A stretch of 63,686 nt of DNA, filler included, from Kipferlia bialata (Eukaryota), in assembly GCA_003568945.1 (NCBI GenBank). It is 6 parts of 6 records of this genome, joined end to end, with 100 filler letters (N's around TTAATTAATTAA, not from the genome) between each part and the next. Parts side by side here need not be neighbours in the genome. Positions count along the whole stretch, not along the records: positions 50,700 to 60,062 come from BDIP01000692.1; positions 60,163 to 63,686 come from BDIP01000750.1; 4 more parts are not named here. One strand, written 5' to 3'. This document shows positions 50,811-63,686 of the stretch, in pieces. The first letter of the stretch is position 1; each line of letters begins with the position of its first letter. The notes under the pieces were generated by a model that searched no databases, had not been told where the DNA came from, and saw only the letters and a list, made by a program, of their open reading frames with translations. A program made the position numbers and the translations under genes.

Positions 50811-53097
50811 GTGCCCTATGCGCTGTCCCTCTATCTCATCGATACCTTCGGGGTGTCAGAGCTGCAGTACAGCTTCATTACAAGTGAGTCCATGTATATA
50901 TATTGATATATTCACCACCCGACTGTCTCTGTCCAATCCCCACCCCCAGGTACAATGGGTGTCTTTTCCATCTTCTCCCCCACCGTCCTCGGCCTCCTCT
51001 CTGCAAAGTATGGCCTAGTGGTGCTGCTCAGGGTCTGTGGGGTGGTCTTCACACTGTCTGTGTGCCTCCTAGCTGGGTCAGCCCTTCTACCCACCCCCTC
51101 CTGGACAATGCTCTGTGTGTCCAGAGCCCTTCTCGGCATGGTCGGTACGCTGCCTCGGGAGTCTACCCTTGGATATACTCTCCCATGCGATATAGTTCCC
51201 CTCTCCCATACAATGTGTTGTGTTTGTACGGAAAGTCCTGCATTCTTCTTCTTCTTCTGCTCTATACATATATGTGTATATGTGTGTGTACTCCATATCC
51301 ATGTATCCTACCCACTCCAGGTGACAGCTACATTGCCTCTCTCGAGTCCCTGGTGCTGGTGTTGTTCAAGGGACACAGCTCTGCCCTGCAGCAAGGTACA
51401 CTCATACAGCATAGTATCAGAGTGTGTAGTGAAAGGTCTCAGTGTATGTGTCTCAGCTGACTCCGAAGGGATGTGGGCGGCCTTTATTGGCATCGCAAGG
51501 CTCAGCAGTGCGGGTACATACCGCTACATGCCTACTCTGACAGACACCCTGGGTCTCATTCCCTCCCTCAACATGACAGCCCTGGCAGGGGTCCTGGGGG
51601 CACTGTTTGTAGGCATTGCCAGCAAGTGAGTTGTATGTATACACCCCCCCCAATTACCCCCTTACCCCTAGGATGTGGTCCACTGTGCAGGCCGAGACCC
51701 GGGCCAGAGAGGGAGTGGAGTCTGTGCTGGGGTCGGTGCAGTCTGTAGACGTCTCCCACCTCGATATGGTGGACGGGGACGTCATCAGCGATGGGTCCAG
51801 CAGTGATGTGCCCGTGGTGCACGACATGGTCTGCCAGCCAATGGGCACCACCCCCTCCCCCACGGCCTCTGAGGCAGAGGTGGGGTGGGCAGACCTGGAG
51901 GAGCTGGGTGCGCAGGAAGCAGAGACGGAGGACGGAGGCGCAGAATCAGAGGGAGAGGGTAGGGAGAGAGCCGGTAGGGGTGGAGGTCATGACACAATAC
52001 AGTCTGATGCGAATGTACTTGTGGGAGTGTCTGCAGCGCTAGAGGACCTAGAGAGAGCGGGGAAGGATGTGAGAAGCGAGTCAGCTGTGCCACCGACCAT
52101 CAGGGCTCGTGTATCTGCCGCCCTCTCTCCCCTACAGTCTCTCTCGTTCCAGTCCTACATGCTGTGTCTGTCGATTGCCGGCACATTCGCCGCATTCTAC
52201 ACCTTTTCCACCTTTGGGCCTCTGCTCATGGTCGAGTTCCAGGGTGCGTGAGATACTGCTATCAAATACTGCACTGTTACTCCTGCCCTTTCTTCTCCCT
52301 CACCCCTTAGGCCTTGCCGACGATGAGGCTGCCCAGGTGCTGGTGCCTGCATTCCTGGCCAATGCCGTGGGGAATGTGCTCCCCCTTATCATGCCAAGGT
52401 AGACATGGCTTCTAGGGTGCCCCCCCCCTCCCCTGCTCTCCATCTCCCTCCCACCCCAGAAGGTACCTGGTCCTGTGGGCCCTGGTCTTTAGTGTGCTGG
52501 GTGTGTTGGGGGACGCCGTGTTCTGCTTTGGAGAGACCCTCCCCCTCTGGATCATCAGGTATGAGAGATGTCTAGGTGTATGTCTATGTCTATGTCTATG
52601 TGTATGTCTATGTCTATGTGTATGTCTAGGTGTATGGCTGATTAGGAGTGTCGGATGTATTGTGGGTGCCCATCCATCAGCATATGCGTCACCCTGCCCC
52701 TCACCCCAGCATCACCCTCGTGTGCAAGGGCCTTGGGTTTGCCTCAGGGAGTCTGGCCCTCCCGCTGCTCGAGAGGTACCACCCCATCAATACATCTACC
52801 CGTACATATGTATTCGCCTCCCCTTCTGTGTATGCCTTGACGCCCAGGGTGTGCCCCCCGTCTCTCCTCCCCCTCTCCATGATGCTGGGGTACTCCGGCT
52901 TCAATCTGGCAATGACTATTAACAGTGTGGCCGGGGGCGCCCTGTTCGACTCCCACCCCACCTCTGTACCCATCATTATATGCGTAGAGTCAGGCGTGGC
53001 CCTGTGTGCCACCTATCTGGCCGTGTTTGCATGTGACAGGGAGCAAAAGAGGATATTTGGGGAGTATGAGGAAGGGGAACAGGGGGAGAGTGTGTAA
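50811..53097 (+). CDS. Major facilitator superfamily transporter (MFSD1-like); 5' end in the gap
   Basis: GLLSAKYG (motif A-like) and SRALLGMV|GDSYIA...LFKGHSSALQQ|GMWAAFIGIARLSS resemble MFSD1 GR..G.GGESL...WFKGKE......ARIGS. Two TM bundles are separated by a long acidic loop. Confidence 0.85.
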
Positions 53098-53263
53098 CAG
53101 TGTAATTATACCATACTTGTGTTGACAGTCACCGGAAACCGGTGCAATAGAATTGACAATGGCACAAATAATAGTAGTCTTTTATGATACATATTGGTTA
53201 TACTGATACATAGAAATACAATTACAACGGTTACAATGGGTCTCCACCCCCCCCTTGCGAGTC

Positions 53264-56150
53264 TTATCTCTTCTTGGTCTTGGGACTGTGGGACAGAATA
53301 CTCAGCATCGACCTCGCCAAGTGTCTTGTATGGGCCGCTGCAATATCTTCCTCCCTGGCCGTACACGCAGCCCCTATTGCCACCTCCCTAGCCGATCTGT
53401 CCTCGGCCAGCATCGCATGTCTCTCGGCCCTTGCCCTCTGTCTCTCCACTCTCGCCTCTGTCCGAGAGTACCCGCCGCCAATGCTAGGGGCGATGAAGGT
53501 GTCCACTCTTCTCCTTGCACTGCCAGGGAGACTAGGCGACAGCACCCACGCATGGGATATCAGGGGAGGGAGGTCACGCCTGGTGGGCGAGCGATCGATG
53601 CGTTTGATTGCCACCGTCACTCTCTCCACCTGCACCCTGACATCTCTAGCAGTCAAGAGCCGCTCGACATCGGAGTCGTCCCCCTCCACTGGCTCACACC
53701 CACCCCTTGTGTGCAGGGGGCGGGGGGTGAAGTGCACATCCACGACACAGTGGCCGAAGAGGGGGGTGGCATAGGCCCCAAAGCGCCGGATGCCCCACCT
53801 CAGTCGGGGCCTGGTGACAGAGCCGCGGAAGACGGCAGTCCCCTCCAGTCCCACAAACACCTCTGTCACAGCTGCCAGCAGGGCCTTACTGACACTGCCC
53901 CCACCCCACCCATGGCCAGGGACAGGCAGCATGCGTATGACGTGGTGGGTCTCGACGGAAGGGTCCAGTGCATAGCCGGGGCCCAGCCTGAGGGTGGGGA
54001 GGAGACACAATGACGGATATCAAGTGTATGCATCAAGACAACTCAAGAGGATGTATATACCCCACTTGCATACACCATACCCATACATATATATCTACCT
54101 GTAAATGGAGTCGAGTAGGCTACCGTGTCTGTCGATGGCAGGCCCAGCCACCAGCCCATCCCCACCAGCCCCAGCGGCTGTGTGAGGGGCACTGCCAGGG
54201 CCTAGGTCAGAGGGAGACAGGGTGCCACGAAGGGTGGGCAGCCTCGAAGGGTGGGCAAGAGTGATGCTGGTACGGCTACTGGTGAGACTCGGACTGACCC
54301 TGCGTCTGACACCGATGCCCTGAGGCATCCTTCGGCTGACACTCGCCCCCCCCCCTCCGGCCCCTGCACATGCACAGGTCCCCATGCCCAGGGTGAAGGT
54401 GGCAATGAGGGACACTAGCAGGGGGCGTCGCTCGAGGCAGGAGAACGCAGATGCGGCACCCAGCTGAAGAAGGGGCAGGACACACACTGACACAGCCAGA
54501 GAGCTACCAGAGCCTGGGTAGAAGAGGCAGAGAGCAGTAATGAGGCCCGTGAGGCCAGTTGCCTCTGCCATGTTGGACAGGGTCTGGGAGGCACCCCACG
54601 CCCTGTCCCACGGCAGCACCCTGACAACAGAGAATAGGGTGGAGAGGAGGGTGCTCCACCTGGTCAGATGCACACAGACTGCCAGGCGGATGGCCCCGCA
54701 GCAGCTGAGAGCCTCGAGAGACAGGGAGAGACACACATACAGCACAAGCAGGGAGGGAGGGTCAAATAGGGGGTCCCCAGAGGATACACTCCATGCAGAC
54801 ACACTCCTATACCCTACATATAGAGCCGACAGGAGCACACACACACACCCTAACCCAAGGCAGAGCCGTCTCCGCTTGTCCTGCTTCCACCAGTGGTCAG
54901 CACGTGCGTGGCTGGCAGCTATCCGGGCATCCTCCTTCTCCTCCTGTCTCCTCAGCCTCTCATCCTCCTTCGCATACCCCTTCTGTCTCCTGATCCTCCC
55001 CCTTGCGTCAGCCTGCATCCGCCGCCTGTACCTCCTGTGCATCTGTGCATCGGAGGGCGGGGCTCTCTCTCTCCTCCTGGGGGCGGGGGGGGCAGGGGGT
55101 CCGACCACCCCCAGTTGTGGCCTGCGGGTGCCCGCCCTTGCCTTCCGCCTGGCCTGGGCCTCCATATCCTGGCACAGACGCCGGCCTCTCTCCATCCGGC
55201 GCAGCCTCTCCCTCTCCCTCTCCCTCTCTCTCCCCCGTTCCCTGTCTCTCTCCAGGGTCCTCTCTATCCCTGCCACCTTGCCCACCACCATCTGGAACTG
55301 TCTCTCAGACACAGACGCGGCAAGGGTCAGCTCCTCCAGACTGGGCCAGGGCTTGCTACCCACCATCCCTCCACCTGAGTCGCTGCCTGATGTCCCACTC
55401 TCCCTCCCTCCCTCTCCCTCCTCCCTCTGCCTATCCCTTTCCCTCTGCCTCTGCACCAGGGCATCATAGGACAGGTGGCTGGGACTGCGTTGCAGACCCC
55501 AGGTAGGGGAGAGGGGGGGCTGGGCACCACTCCCATATGCTAATGGGGGGTGGGACAGGCCGAGGTCGGGGGTCATGGCTAGGATGGCACTGCTTCTGAG
55601 GCCGGGCATGTGGGTAGAGACCATGGGACGGTGGGTGGTAGGGGGGTCACACTCCACCTCACTCTCCCCATCCTCGGTGTCCTCTCCCTCGCTCTCCCCC
55701 CTCACCCTCACCACATAGCCGTCGGGACTGACCACGTCGGTGTCGGGCCCCATTCTCACCCACTCAGACTCCCTTGCCCCGGCCCCCCCTAGGGACAGCT
55801 CCATGTCAGCAGGCAGCACCTCCAGCACGGCATGGGGGGTCGAGGGCGACACAGGTGGGGTCAGACGAGGGAGGGCTGGGCTGGAGCGACGATTGAGTGT
55901 ATTCTTCCCCCTGGAGAGGTGCTGAGAGTTAGGCCGGGACGACATTGCCACCTTGCGGGGCATCCCCACAGACCGAGGCCTAGTCCCGGGAGGGGGGGTG
56001 GGCTAGGGTGGGAGGAGACAGAGTGCCAATATGGATTCACATCAACAATGAAGTAACATGGAGCAACCGATACTGCGAAGTACGACCGGTACTCAGTACC
56101 CATCTACGTCTATATCTATATATCTACACATACATTCCATATTCAGGTTC
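53264..56150 (-). CDS. Hypothetical protein: disordered/coiled-coil N-terminus, ~5-6 TM segments, C-terminal soluble domain; start approximate
   Basis: The 624-aa ORF 54095-55969 and the 248-aa ORF 53264-54010 are separated by a GTAGAT...CCCTCAG intron. Confidence 0.7.
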
Positions 56151-56629
56151 ACGACGCAGGGTCACTATAACTATCTCTATAAATTGATTGCTGACAAGTT
56201 GACTGAACTATTACCAATAGCCACTCACCACAGCATTGGTCGACTCCATGGGCCTATATGCACGATATGGTCCAGTGGGCCGCTTACCGAGGTCCTAGCG
56301 AATAAGTCGCCAGGACTTCGGTGCCCAAAGAGTATATACTCTGTTATAGAGATAGTCATGGACCCATTGAGACGCTCTCCGAGCCATAGATCTATTTCGA
56401 AAAATGTATCATATATTTCGAAAAACCATACCCAACAGGTCACGAGGTTCAAAGAACTCAAGGTGACAAGTCTTACAGAGTAAGATGTAAGTTACACCCT
56501 TACAGACACAATATTACCTAAATACAGATATAATATAACGTAGCACTACTATCAATTGCTGGACGTATTCTATGTGTGCATGGATTCATCATTCCATTCG
56601 GATGTGAGTGTACACCATGTATATGATGT

Positions 56630-59600
56630 TCAGAGCAAGGGTCCCGCGATGGTGTCCCTGTGGGCGTGGACCGACCACTGTCCCTCGGCATGTCTGACAC
56701 TGGGTGCCTGGGAGATCGGGGCGGTATCCGGCTGGTCACCCCCGCAGGATAGAGCAGCCTCTAGTATGGGGCCTGGTATCAGACGCAGCACACATCTATA
56801 CCACAATACTGTACAACACTCCTGATACACTCCAGTATAGCGACACACCTGGCATGGTAGGGGAGAGGGTGACGCCACTGGACGCCCCGCAGGCAGACCT
56901 GCACAGCAACAGACCGTGCAGGGCATTGGCAGAGAGGGGCCCCGTGCCTCTGAGGTGGGTCTCGACCAGAGACAGCATGTTGAGGTTGGCCACGGCCCTA
57001 GCAGCCTTGGCCCTTGTGACATACTCCGCACTGCCCAGGTGGAGGCACAGGCCTGGGGTGGGTGCCACATGCACAGGGAGAGGGAAGATATATACCCATA
57101 CTGCATAGGAATCACACCCCACCTGGCACGAGCTGTGTCTCTACGGTGTGCTCCACCTTGGCCGAGGTGAGGTGGTCGAGAGAGGCCAGGAAGACGAGGA
57201 CAGGGACGGTGGCCGGGGAGGGGCGGGAGAGAGACTCCAGCACAGAGGGAAGCAGAGCGGGTAGGGCCTGGTGCAGAGACCTCAGCCTGAAGGCCGGGCG
57301 CTGCTTACGCCCATGAGCCTGGATGTCAGTGCTGGTGGGTATGGGAGAAGCACAAGGAGGGTATCCTGTAGGGTGTGATGTATCACAATAGCTCACACCA
57401 TGCGGACAAAATAGTAGTGTATAGAGATGAGCAACGACTGTACACAACGAGCACCAACCCCCACCTGTAGCCTCATGACTGCTGCTGCGAGTGTTCTGTG
57501 TGACGCAGAGAGGGTGGAGAAGGGGGGGGACTGGCCGAGGATGCGAAGTGACCCACAGAGCAAGGAGAGAGAGAGGTATGGGGAGGGGAACACTTGGAAG
57601 GAGAGAGACCCTGTGACCGAGGCCAGACTAGAGGCAGAGGTCTGGGCATCTCTCTGTGCCCGTGTCAGCCCCAGGACCACAGTCTCCCCTTGCTCGTATG
57701 CCTTGGCCCCCTTGGCCGCCTTGTGTCTGTACATGGTGCCGGGCTGCACCCTCATCAGAGTCAGGGTGTACAGGGCATGCAGGGCAGACAGGGCCGTGTC
57801 CCTGGGGGTCTGGGCATCGAGGGCAAGGGTCAGCAGATCGTGGTAGGCACAGTTGGCTATGTCGGTGTGGCCAAGCTCCACAAGGGCCTGGTGGTTAGAG
57901 GGTATATATATATATGAGACTAGAGTAATACAGCGGTGACATCCGCTCACCCTAGCGACTGTCTCCCATGCGAATGGATACCCCCCACTCCGCCTAGACA
58001 CTGGCACCGTGGCGGCCCATGGCATCAGCACCCCTGTCACCAATGCCTCGCCCACCCCCCTGCCCAGCACCCTCACAGACTGGTGGACGGTGAGGGCGGC
58101 ACTCAGGTTGACAGACATGTGGGAGCAGCGGAAGAGCACCTGCGTCAGACGTGCACAGACACAGAAAAATTCGAATAAATATATATATACATATATATAT
58201 GTGTGTGTGTGTGTTTAGTCACAGAGTAGTCGGGTATGCACCTTGCGAAGTACGTATGAGGCGTGATCTGCCAGCTTCCTCTGGGGTGTGCCCTCAGCCT
58301 GTGTATCAGCCTGTATAGATGCCTCCGCCCCAGGCTGTGCCGTGTCACACATGGTCAGGAGACACTCCCTGGACAGGGCCAGCGCCTCTCTCACAGAGGC
58401 CCAGACGGCAATGGGGAACCTGGGGTGACACGGCCCGCAGACGCATACCCATGTCTACTCATGACACACATTATGATGTACTAATCACCATACAAGTGGA
58501 CCCTCTATACCTGTCTGACAGCGGGAGGTGGCTGTCTGCCCCAGGCACCGTACTGGTCACCTCCACCCCCGACCCCAGGGCCTCAGAGGCGAGAGGGGTG
58601 TCAGACGGGTCCACAAAGCTAAACACATTGGCACACCTGACATTAGGGGGACAGAGGGTGGGTCAAACAGAGATGGACACTGATAGACATCCTACGCGCA
58701 CCCCTCCACCGCACCTAGCTGCCACGGATATGGCCTCTGGGACGTATGCCTCAGCCCACTCCACCAGAGCCCCCATACCCTGGGGGGACAGGGGGAGAGC
58801 CATCATAGTCACCCCAGATGCCTCGCCCTCCTCTCTCAACGCCTTGAGGCAGAGGTGGACGGCAGACAGAGCAGTGTGGGGAAGGGGGACACGGTAGCAG
58901 CCAGGTGTACCCTCTGTCTGTGAAGGAATGTCTGGGGACCTCTTGAGAGGGGGCTCTGCGGCATCTGCGGCATCTGGAGTGTCGTCCATGAGCCTCTGTC
59001 TGTTGGCCTCGGGCCCATCGAGCAGAGAGACAGAGAGAGAGGACAGGGCCTCAGCCAGACCGGTCCCAACCACGGCCCCCTTCGCTTCACCCTCACCCTC
59101 ACCCTCACCCTCACCCAAGAGCATAGTGCCGTGCAGCTCTGGCTGTGTGTACATCATTACCATGGCAGCCCCGGTGGCACCTACCCGCTGGGTGTACGGG
59201 CACACACGCTCCCCCAGCATGTCTCTAACCTTGCCCACCAGGGACGGGGGGAGGGTAGGGAGGGGAAGGGGGTACTTGCCCAGGAGAGCCCGCACCCTGG
59301 TGACGAGTGTGAGTGTTGCCTCTGCATATGTGATGTCACTCAGTCCCAGACACGCAGAGACCAGGGACGGCACGGCCTGGGACAGACACTCGACAATGGA
59401 TAGGCACGCGGTGTCAAATGTGGCGCCACATTCCCCAACCTCCCCTGTCCTGTCCCGCAGGGTCCATCTGACGGTACAGGAGGTGATCTGGAGGGTGAAC
59501 AACGCAGGTGTGCATGGTAATAATCAAACACCATATCTACATATCAATATGTGATTAATGCTGACACATCCGACCCTCTGCAAGGCCCCACCTCTGTGAG

Positions 59601-60005
59601 TGTGAGTACGGCACACAGGGCAGCAGCAGGGGCCCCGTCTGTGAGTGTCTGCTCAGCATCAGCAGAGAGCACTGTCTGCAGGGTCTGGCCCAGACACTCC
59701 ACCCCAGCCACCAGGTGGTCAGGGCCCATGGGGGTTCTATCTGGGTGGGGGTGCCTGTGGCTGTAGAGCATCACAGCAAAGTACAGTGAGGTGTAGTCTC
59801 TGTACACATCTGCCAGTTGCCGGATGCACCTGTGGGTCAGAATAGAATACAAGCACACACACGGAATGCACCAGGTTGCCCACCTCTTGTCAAGGGATGC
59901 GACACCCAGACTGGTGAGGAATGCGGTCTGGTGGTCATCCTGCAGTACCCGAGGGCTAGTGTACAGGCCCTGGGACACCTTGTGGGCACCGGAGGGCAGG
60001 ATGGC
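56630..60005 (-). CDS. Hypothetical alpha-helical (HEAT/ARM-like) protein; 5' end in the gap
   Basis: A chain of Leu/Ala-rich ORFs (59544, 58663, 57393, 57112, 56796) separated by short canonical introns; no diagnostic motif recognised. Confidence 0.65.
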
Positions 60006-60219
60006 CTGGGGGTAGACGACAGGAATGAGGGGGGGGGGGGGGGGGGGGGGGGGAAACAAAAANNNNNNNNNNNNNNNNNNNNNNNNNNNNNNNNNNNNNN
60101 NNNNNNTTAATTAATTAANNNNNNNNNNNNNNNNNNNNNNNNNNNNNNNNNNNNNNNNNNNNCAGGTAATGCATGGGAAGTGATCATCTGATGCATGTCC
60201 CCCCCCCCCCTCACCCCAG

Positions 60220-62156
60220 TCTGGAGGCCGAGTTCCTTGAGCCCAGTAGGTTCATCAGGCGGTTCTGGTGCACTGCCCTCCTGTTTGCAGGGGGTATGGC
60301 CCTGGCCATGATGGTGAGGGAGTCTCTCTCTCTCCCACATACCTCTGTTGCTCTGTTTTTGTCTTTCTCTCCCTGACCCCAGGCTGTCTTCTCCCTCATT
60401 GGATACAGATGTTACTCCTCAGACGAGACAGGGCCATTCCCGAGGTAGATGGTACCTGGTTGGCAAGTGTGCACGCCATGTCACTATGTCCCTAGACTGA
60501 ACCCCTTCCTCACCCTAGGACCCTGTCTGCGCCCCTCCCCCTCGACCTGTCCGTGGCCCTGTCTGTCTCGGGTCTCATATCAATCACGGACGCATACTCC
60601 CTCCCGTCCATAACAGAGGGTACAGGGGTGGTGGACACACTGCACCTTGGGGACACCTCGGCCTCCATATACAGAGAGATATTCCAGGTGTGACAGGCCG
60701 TGCATGCACTCTCTCTATATATACTCTACATCCCTAACAGTACCCTGACCTTTAGGTTGGCAAGGCCGATGTGCGTGAGTGTGGGCACAACCCGGCTGAT
60801 GACGAGGACGACCAGGCCTGTAACGATGGGATAGTGTGCGCAGGTAACTACTGACACCTCTATATTTCTCCCCTTGGCTCCTTCTTCCCCTCTCCTGCTC
60901 ACCCAGACGGCAAGTGCACCACCTACGTGTCTGTCTTCGCCCCCACCTCCTTCCTCAACGTGGACTGTGACGTGGCCAACTACTACCTCTCCCCCTCTGT
61001 CCCTGCCTCTGTCTCCCACTCTCTGAGTGATGATGATACAGACACCCACTCTGTCACACTCAATGACGTCACCCTCTCTGTCCCTGTGGTGGACCTCCCG
61101 GCCTCGCTCTCCCTCGACGTGTCTCACACCGTCATGGGAGACGCCAACATATTCTCATCGGCCAGGTTTGGTTGCTGTCGTGTTGTTGTCTTCCCCCATA
61201 TACATGTACATGTGTCTCACCTTCAGCATTGGGTATGTGTCTGTGGCCAACGCCCACTTCCAGGGCCTCCTCAGCATCATCACCGCCTCGATGGTGTGTG
61301 TAGATGGGGTCACTCTGATGGGTAGGGCCACTGTGACAGGGTCCAGCACGGCAGACCACTATGTGGGTATAGATGCAACCATAGACGTGGCCCCAGACGC
61401 TGCGACCTCCGGCACCCTCAACGTGTACAACGGGGGTGACACGACTGTTGTACTGCGTGCATCCAGTGCTGAGGGGACGGGGGTGGCCGTGGAGGATGAC
61501 ACCCCTCTGCTCAAGGCGACGATAGGACCGGACCCCATGAAGGAACTGGTCGGTACGGGAGGGTGGTGTATACTCGCATGTCTGTGTATCTTCTAGTACC
61601 ACACGTTACCCCACTCATGTATACATCCCCCCCTCACCGCCAGTGTGTCTTGATCGGGTTGTCATGGAGGGCAGGTCTGTGAACGCAGAGTCAGTGTGGG
61701 ACAAGGTGCGTGTTAGTCCATAATCTCTGAGTCACACACTCACCCCTCACCCCCCAGGGTATTGTGTCACTGCATGCCTATGACCTTGTGGCCCAGACTG
61801 ATGTGCCCCTGGAGTCTGCAGCAGTGGTGTCAGACGACACCTCAGACAACGTCGGAAGGTACGGATGGAGAGAGGAGTATATTACATGACCTACTTTCAG
61901 TCACTCATTGCCATTCTCTACCACATGCACTGACCCGCCCAGGTTCTGTGTCCCCGGGAGTGGGAGTGACACGTGTGCCCAGGCCTCAGTCGACAGTGAG
62001 GGTAACACCGAGGCATCAGTGGGTATCATGAACAGGGGCCCAGTCAATATCATACTGCTGCTAGGCATGCACGAGGATGGAGCCGGGTCTGTCCCCCCTG
62101 AGTGTGTGCTAGTCCAGCCAGACCCTGACACCCTCAATGCTCTACTGGTCAGGTAG
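60220..62156 (+). CDS. Hypothetical protein with one TM helix and a beta-rich region; 5' end in the gap
   Basis: Coding-like exons (RRFWCTALLFAGGMALAMM; LNVDCDVANYYL; YVGIDATIDVA...) with CTCACCCCAG-type acceptors; TAG at 62156. Confidence 0.6.
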
Positions 62157-62363
62157 AGGTGGGGGCAGTGCCACAGACACATTTAGGCGATGCTACAATA
62201 GATTACCAGCGTGGACGGTGTCCCATATCGATTCATTGAGACATCCTGATACATAGACATACTGAATACATGTCTCCATTAAATCAATGGACCATTGATC
62301 ACAGTATATCTATTCCTATCTCTGTGTATCCCCCTAACTGTAGAACCATCACAGGCAGTGCCC

Positions 62364-63598
62364 TCACTCATCATCATCCTTCTTGAAGGCCTTGCGGATG
62401 GACCTGGGGTGAGAGGTTGAGGAGATACTTTAGTATGATAGTGGAGACACAACAGTGCAAATCTGTATCGACTGTCCCACCCACCTCGCATCTGTCTTGG
62501 GGTCGAGTAGCAGCCTCAGGATGAGAGCTGTGTTCTCAGCAGACGTGGAGGTTACCCACAGCCTAACGGTGAGGAACTGGAGATGTGTATGGTGTATCAG
62601 TGTACTGGGTATATATCAACAGACATGCACACTCCGCACCTGTTGTTGTGTCCAGCAGCTATCTGGAATGTGAGGTGCTTGGCCAAGGCTGCGAGAAGGG
62701 GCGAGGAGGGGTGCATTAACCGACGGCACAGGCCTGGGGTGAGAAGATAGAGTGAACAGCCACCACTGGCACACATCACTTCATTGACTTGGTCGTATAG
62801 TAGTACCTGATGACACGTTGGACACCATGCGGCCCCCCTTCTTGAGACCAAGGCCTAGGGGTGAGGATGGAAGAGAGTATGTAGATCAGGGTGTGTGGGT
62901 GTCAGTCCCAGTATCCCTGTACCACCCACCTGGGGCACTTGCACTGAGCATGGGTGTGGACAGACTGTCTGTGGCCTTGGGGTAGGCCTTGATGCGGCAC
63001 AGGAGAATGTCACCTGGGGCATCAGAGGGACACAAGTCATACGTATAACCATATTAACGAGGAGGTGTATTGGATAATAATAGAGTGATGATACTCAACC
63101 ATCAGGAGAGTCAGGTTGATGATGATGACCCATTTATGAGTACCGACCTGGGTTGAGCCCCCTGATAGCCTTGATGGCATCTGTGTCAAAGTCCCCGGCA
63201 GACAGCCTGCCCGCCCTCCACTCCCCAGCACCCAGGTCCACAAGGCAGAAGTCACCATATCTAGAGTGAGACCATGGAAAGAATTGAATACTTCCAAAAT
63301 AGAGCCATATGGATGTTAAGACCCCAGTGTACATATGTACCCTCCACCCCCCATACCTGTCCTTGATGGTGCCTAGCACTATGTCACCTGGCCTGGGCCT
63401 GTACTGCTTGGAGGCACCGATCAGACCCATGCGCACAACACCTAGACATAAGATATAGGAGGAGGGTGGAAAGGGGGAGAGTATGCAGGAACTGCACTAC
63501 ATTAATGTGTCAGACAAAGAAATATAGGGGGTACCTGGGGTGGGTGCTCCGAACATACCGAGGGACCCGGCCTCAGTGGCAGCAATACCAAGGGGGCC
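62364..63598 (-). CDS. RRP40: Exosome cap subunit RRP40 (EXOSC3); 5' end beyond the window
   Basis: S1 domain YRPRPGDIVLGTIKDR|YGDFCLVDLG...LSAGDF...LNPG|DILLCRI and KH region GLCRRLMHPSSPLLAALAKHLTFQIAAGHNNR...LWV (cf. E..FGMNGRIWV); ends SIRKAFKKDDDE*. Confidence 0.85.
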
Positions 63599-63686
63599 TG
63601 GGGTAAGAGGGAGTATGAAGGAGGGAGGGGGGGGGGGGGGAGAGAGAGAGAGAGCCACAAAACACGCACAGTGGGCTCAAAACGAA

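Noticed and set aside
53255..59554. Long + strand ORFs (e.g. 54540-55469, 58928-59554, 53255-54013)
   Set aside because: Antisense shadows of GC-rich minus-strand exons; splice signals support the minus strand.

Overview
Eukaryotic, intron-dense protist DNA, not prokaryotic. The window is six contig pieces joined by five 100-nt N spacers carrying TTAATTAATTAA, plus one ~820-N gap. Introns are GT-AG with the branch point fused to the acceptor (CTNAC/CTNAT, branch A 7-9 nt from the intron end). This is metamonad-like; the style recalls the fornicate Kipferlia, which is my inference and is unverified. I spliced about 17 genes by eye: an ABCA transporter (-), a novel repeat-ectodomain polytopic membrane protein (-), an apparently N-truncated NEMF/Rqc2 (-), a THOC2-like C-terminus (-), a P4-ATPase flippase (+), a PAP2 phosphatase (-), a PACS-like C2 protein (+), a Nudix-ankyrin fusion (+), a C2H2 zinc-finger protein (+), an MFSD1-like transporter (+), RRP40 (-) and several hypotheticals. 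The main discovery candidate is 'exon echoes'. In the ABCA, P4-ATPase, PAP2, PACS-like and Nudix genes, microsatellite-rich introns hold 1-5 tandem partial copies of the neighbouring exon end together with its splice site. Acceptor-side copies lie upstream of the true exon and donor-side copies lie downstream. Many copies differ from the true exon almost only at synonymous codon positions, which neutral decay of intronic duplicates does not explain. Exon boundaries are manual and approximate; no searches were run.
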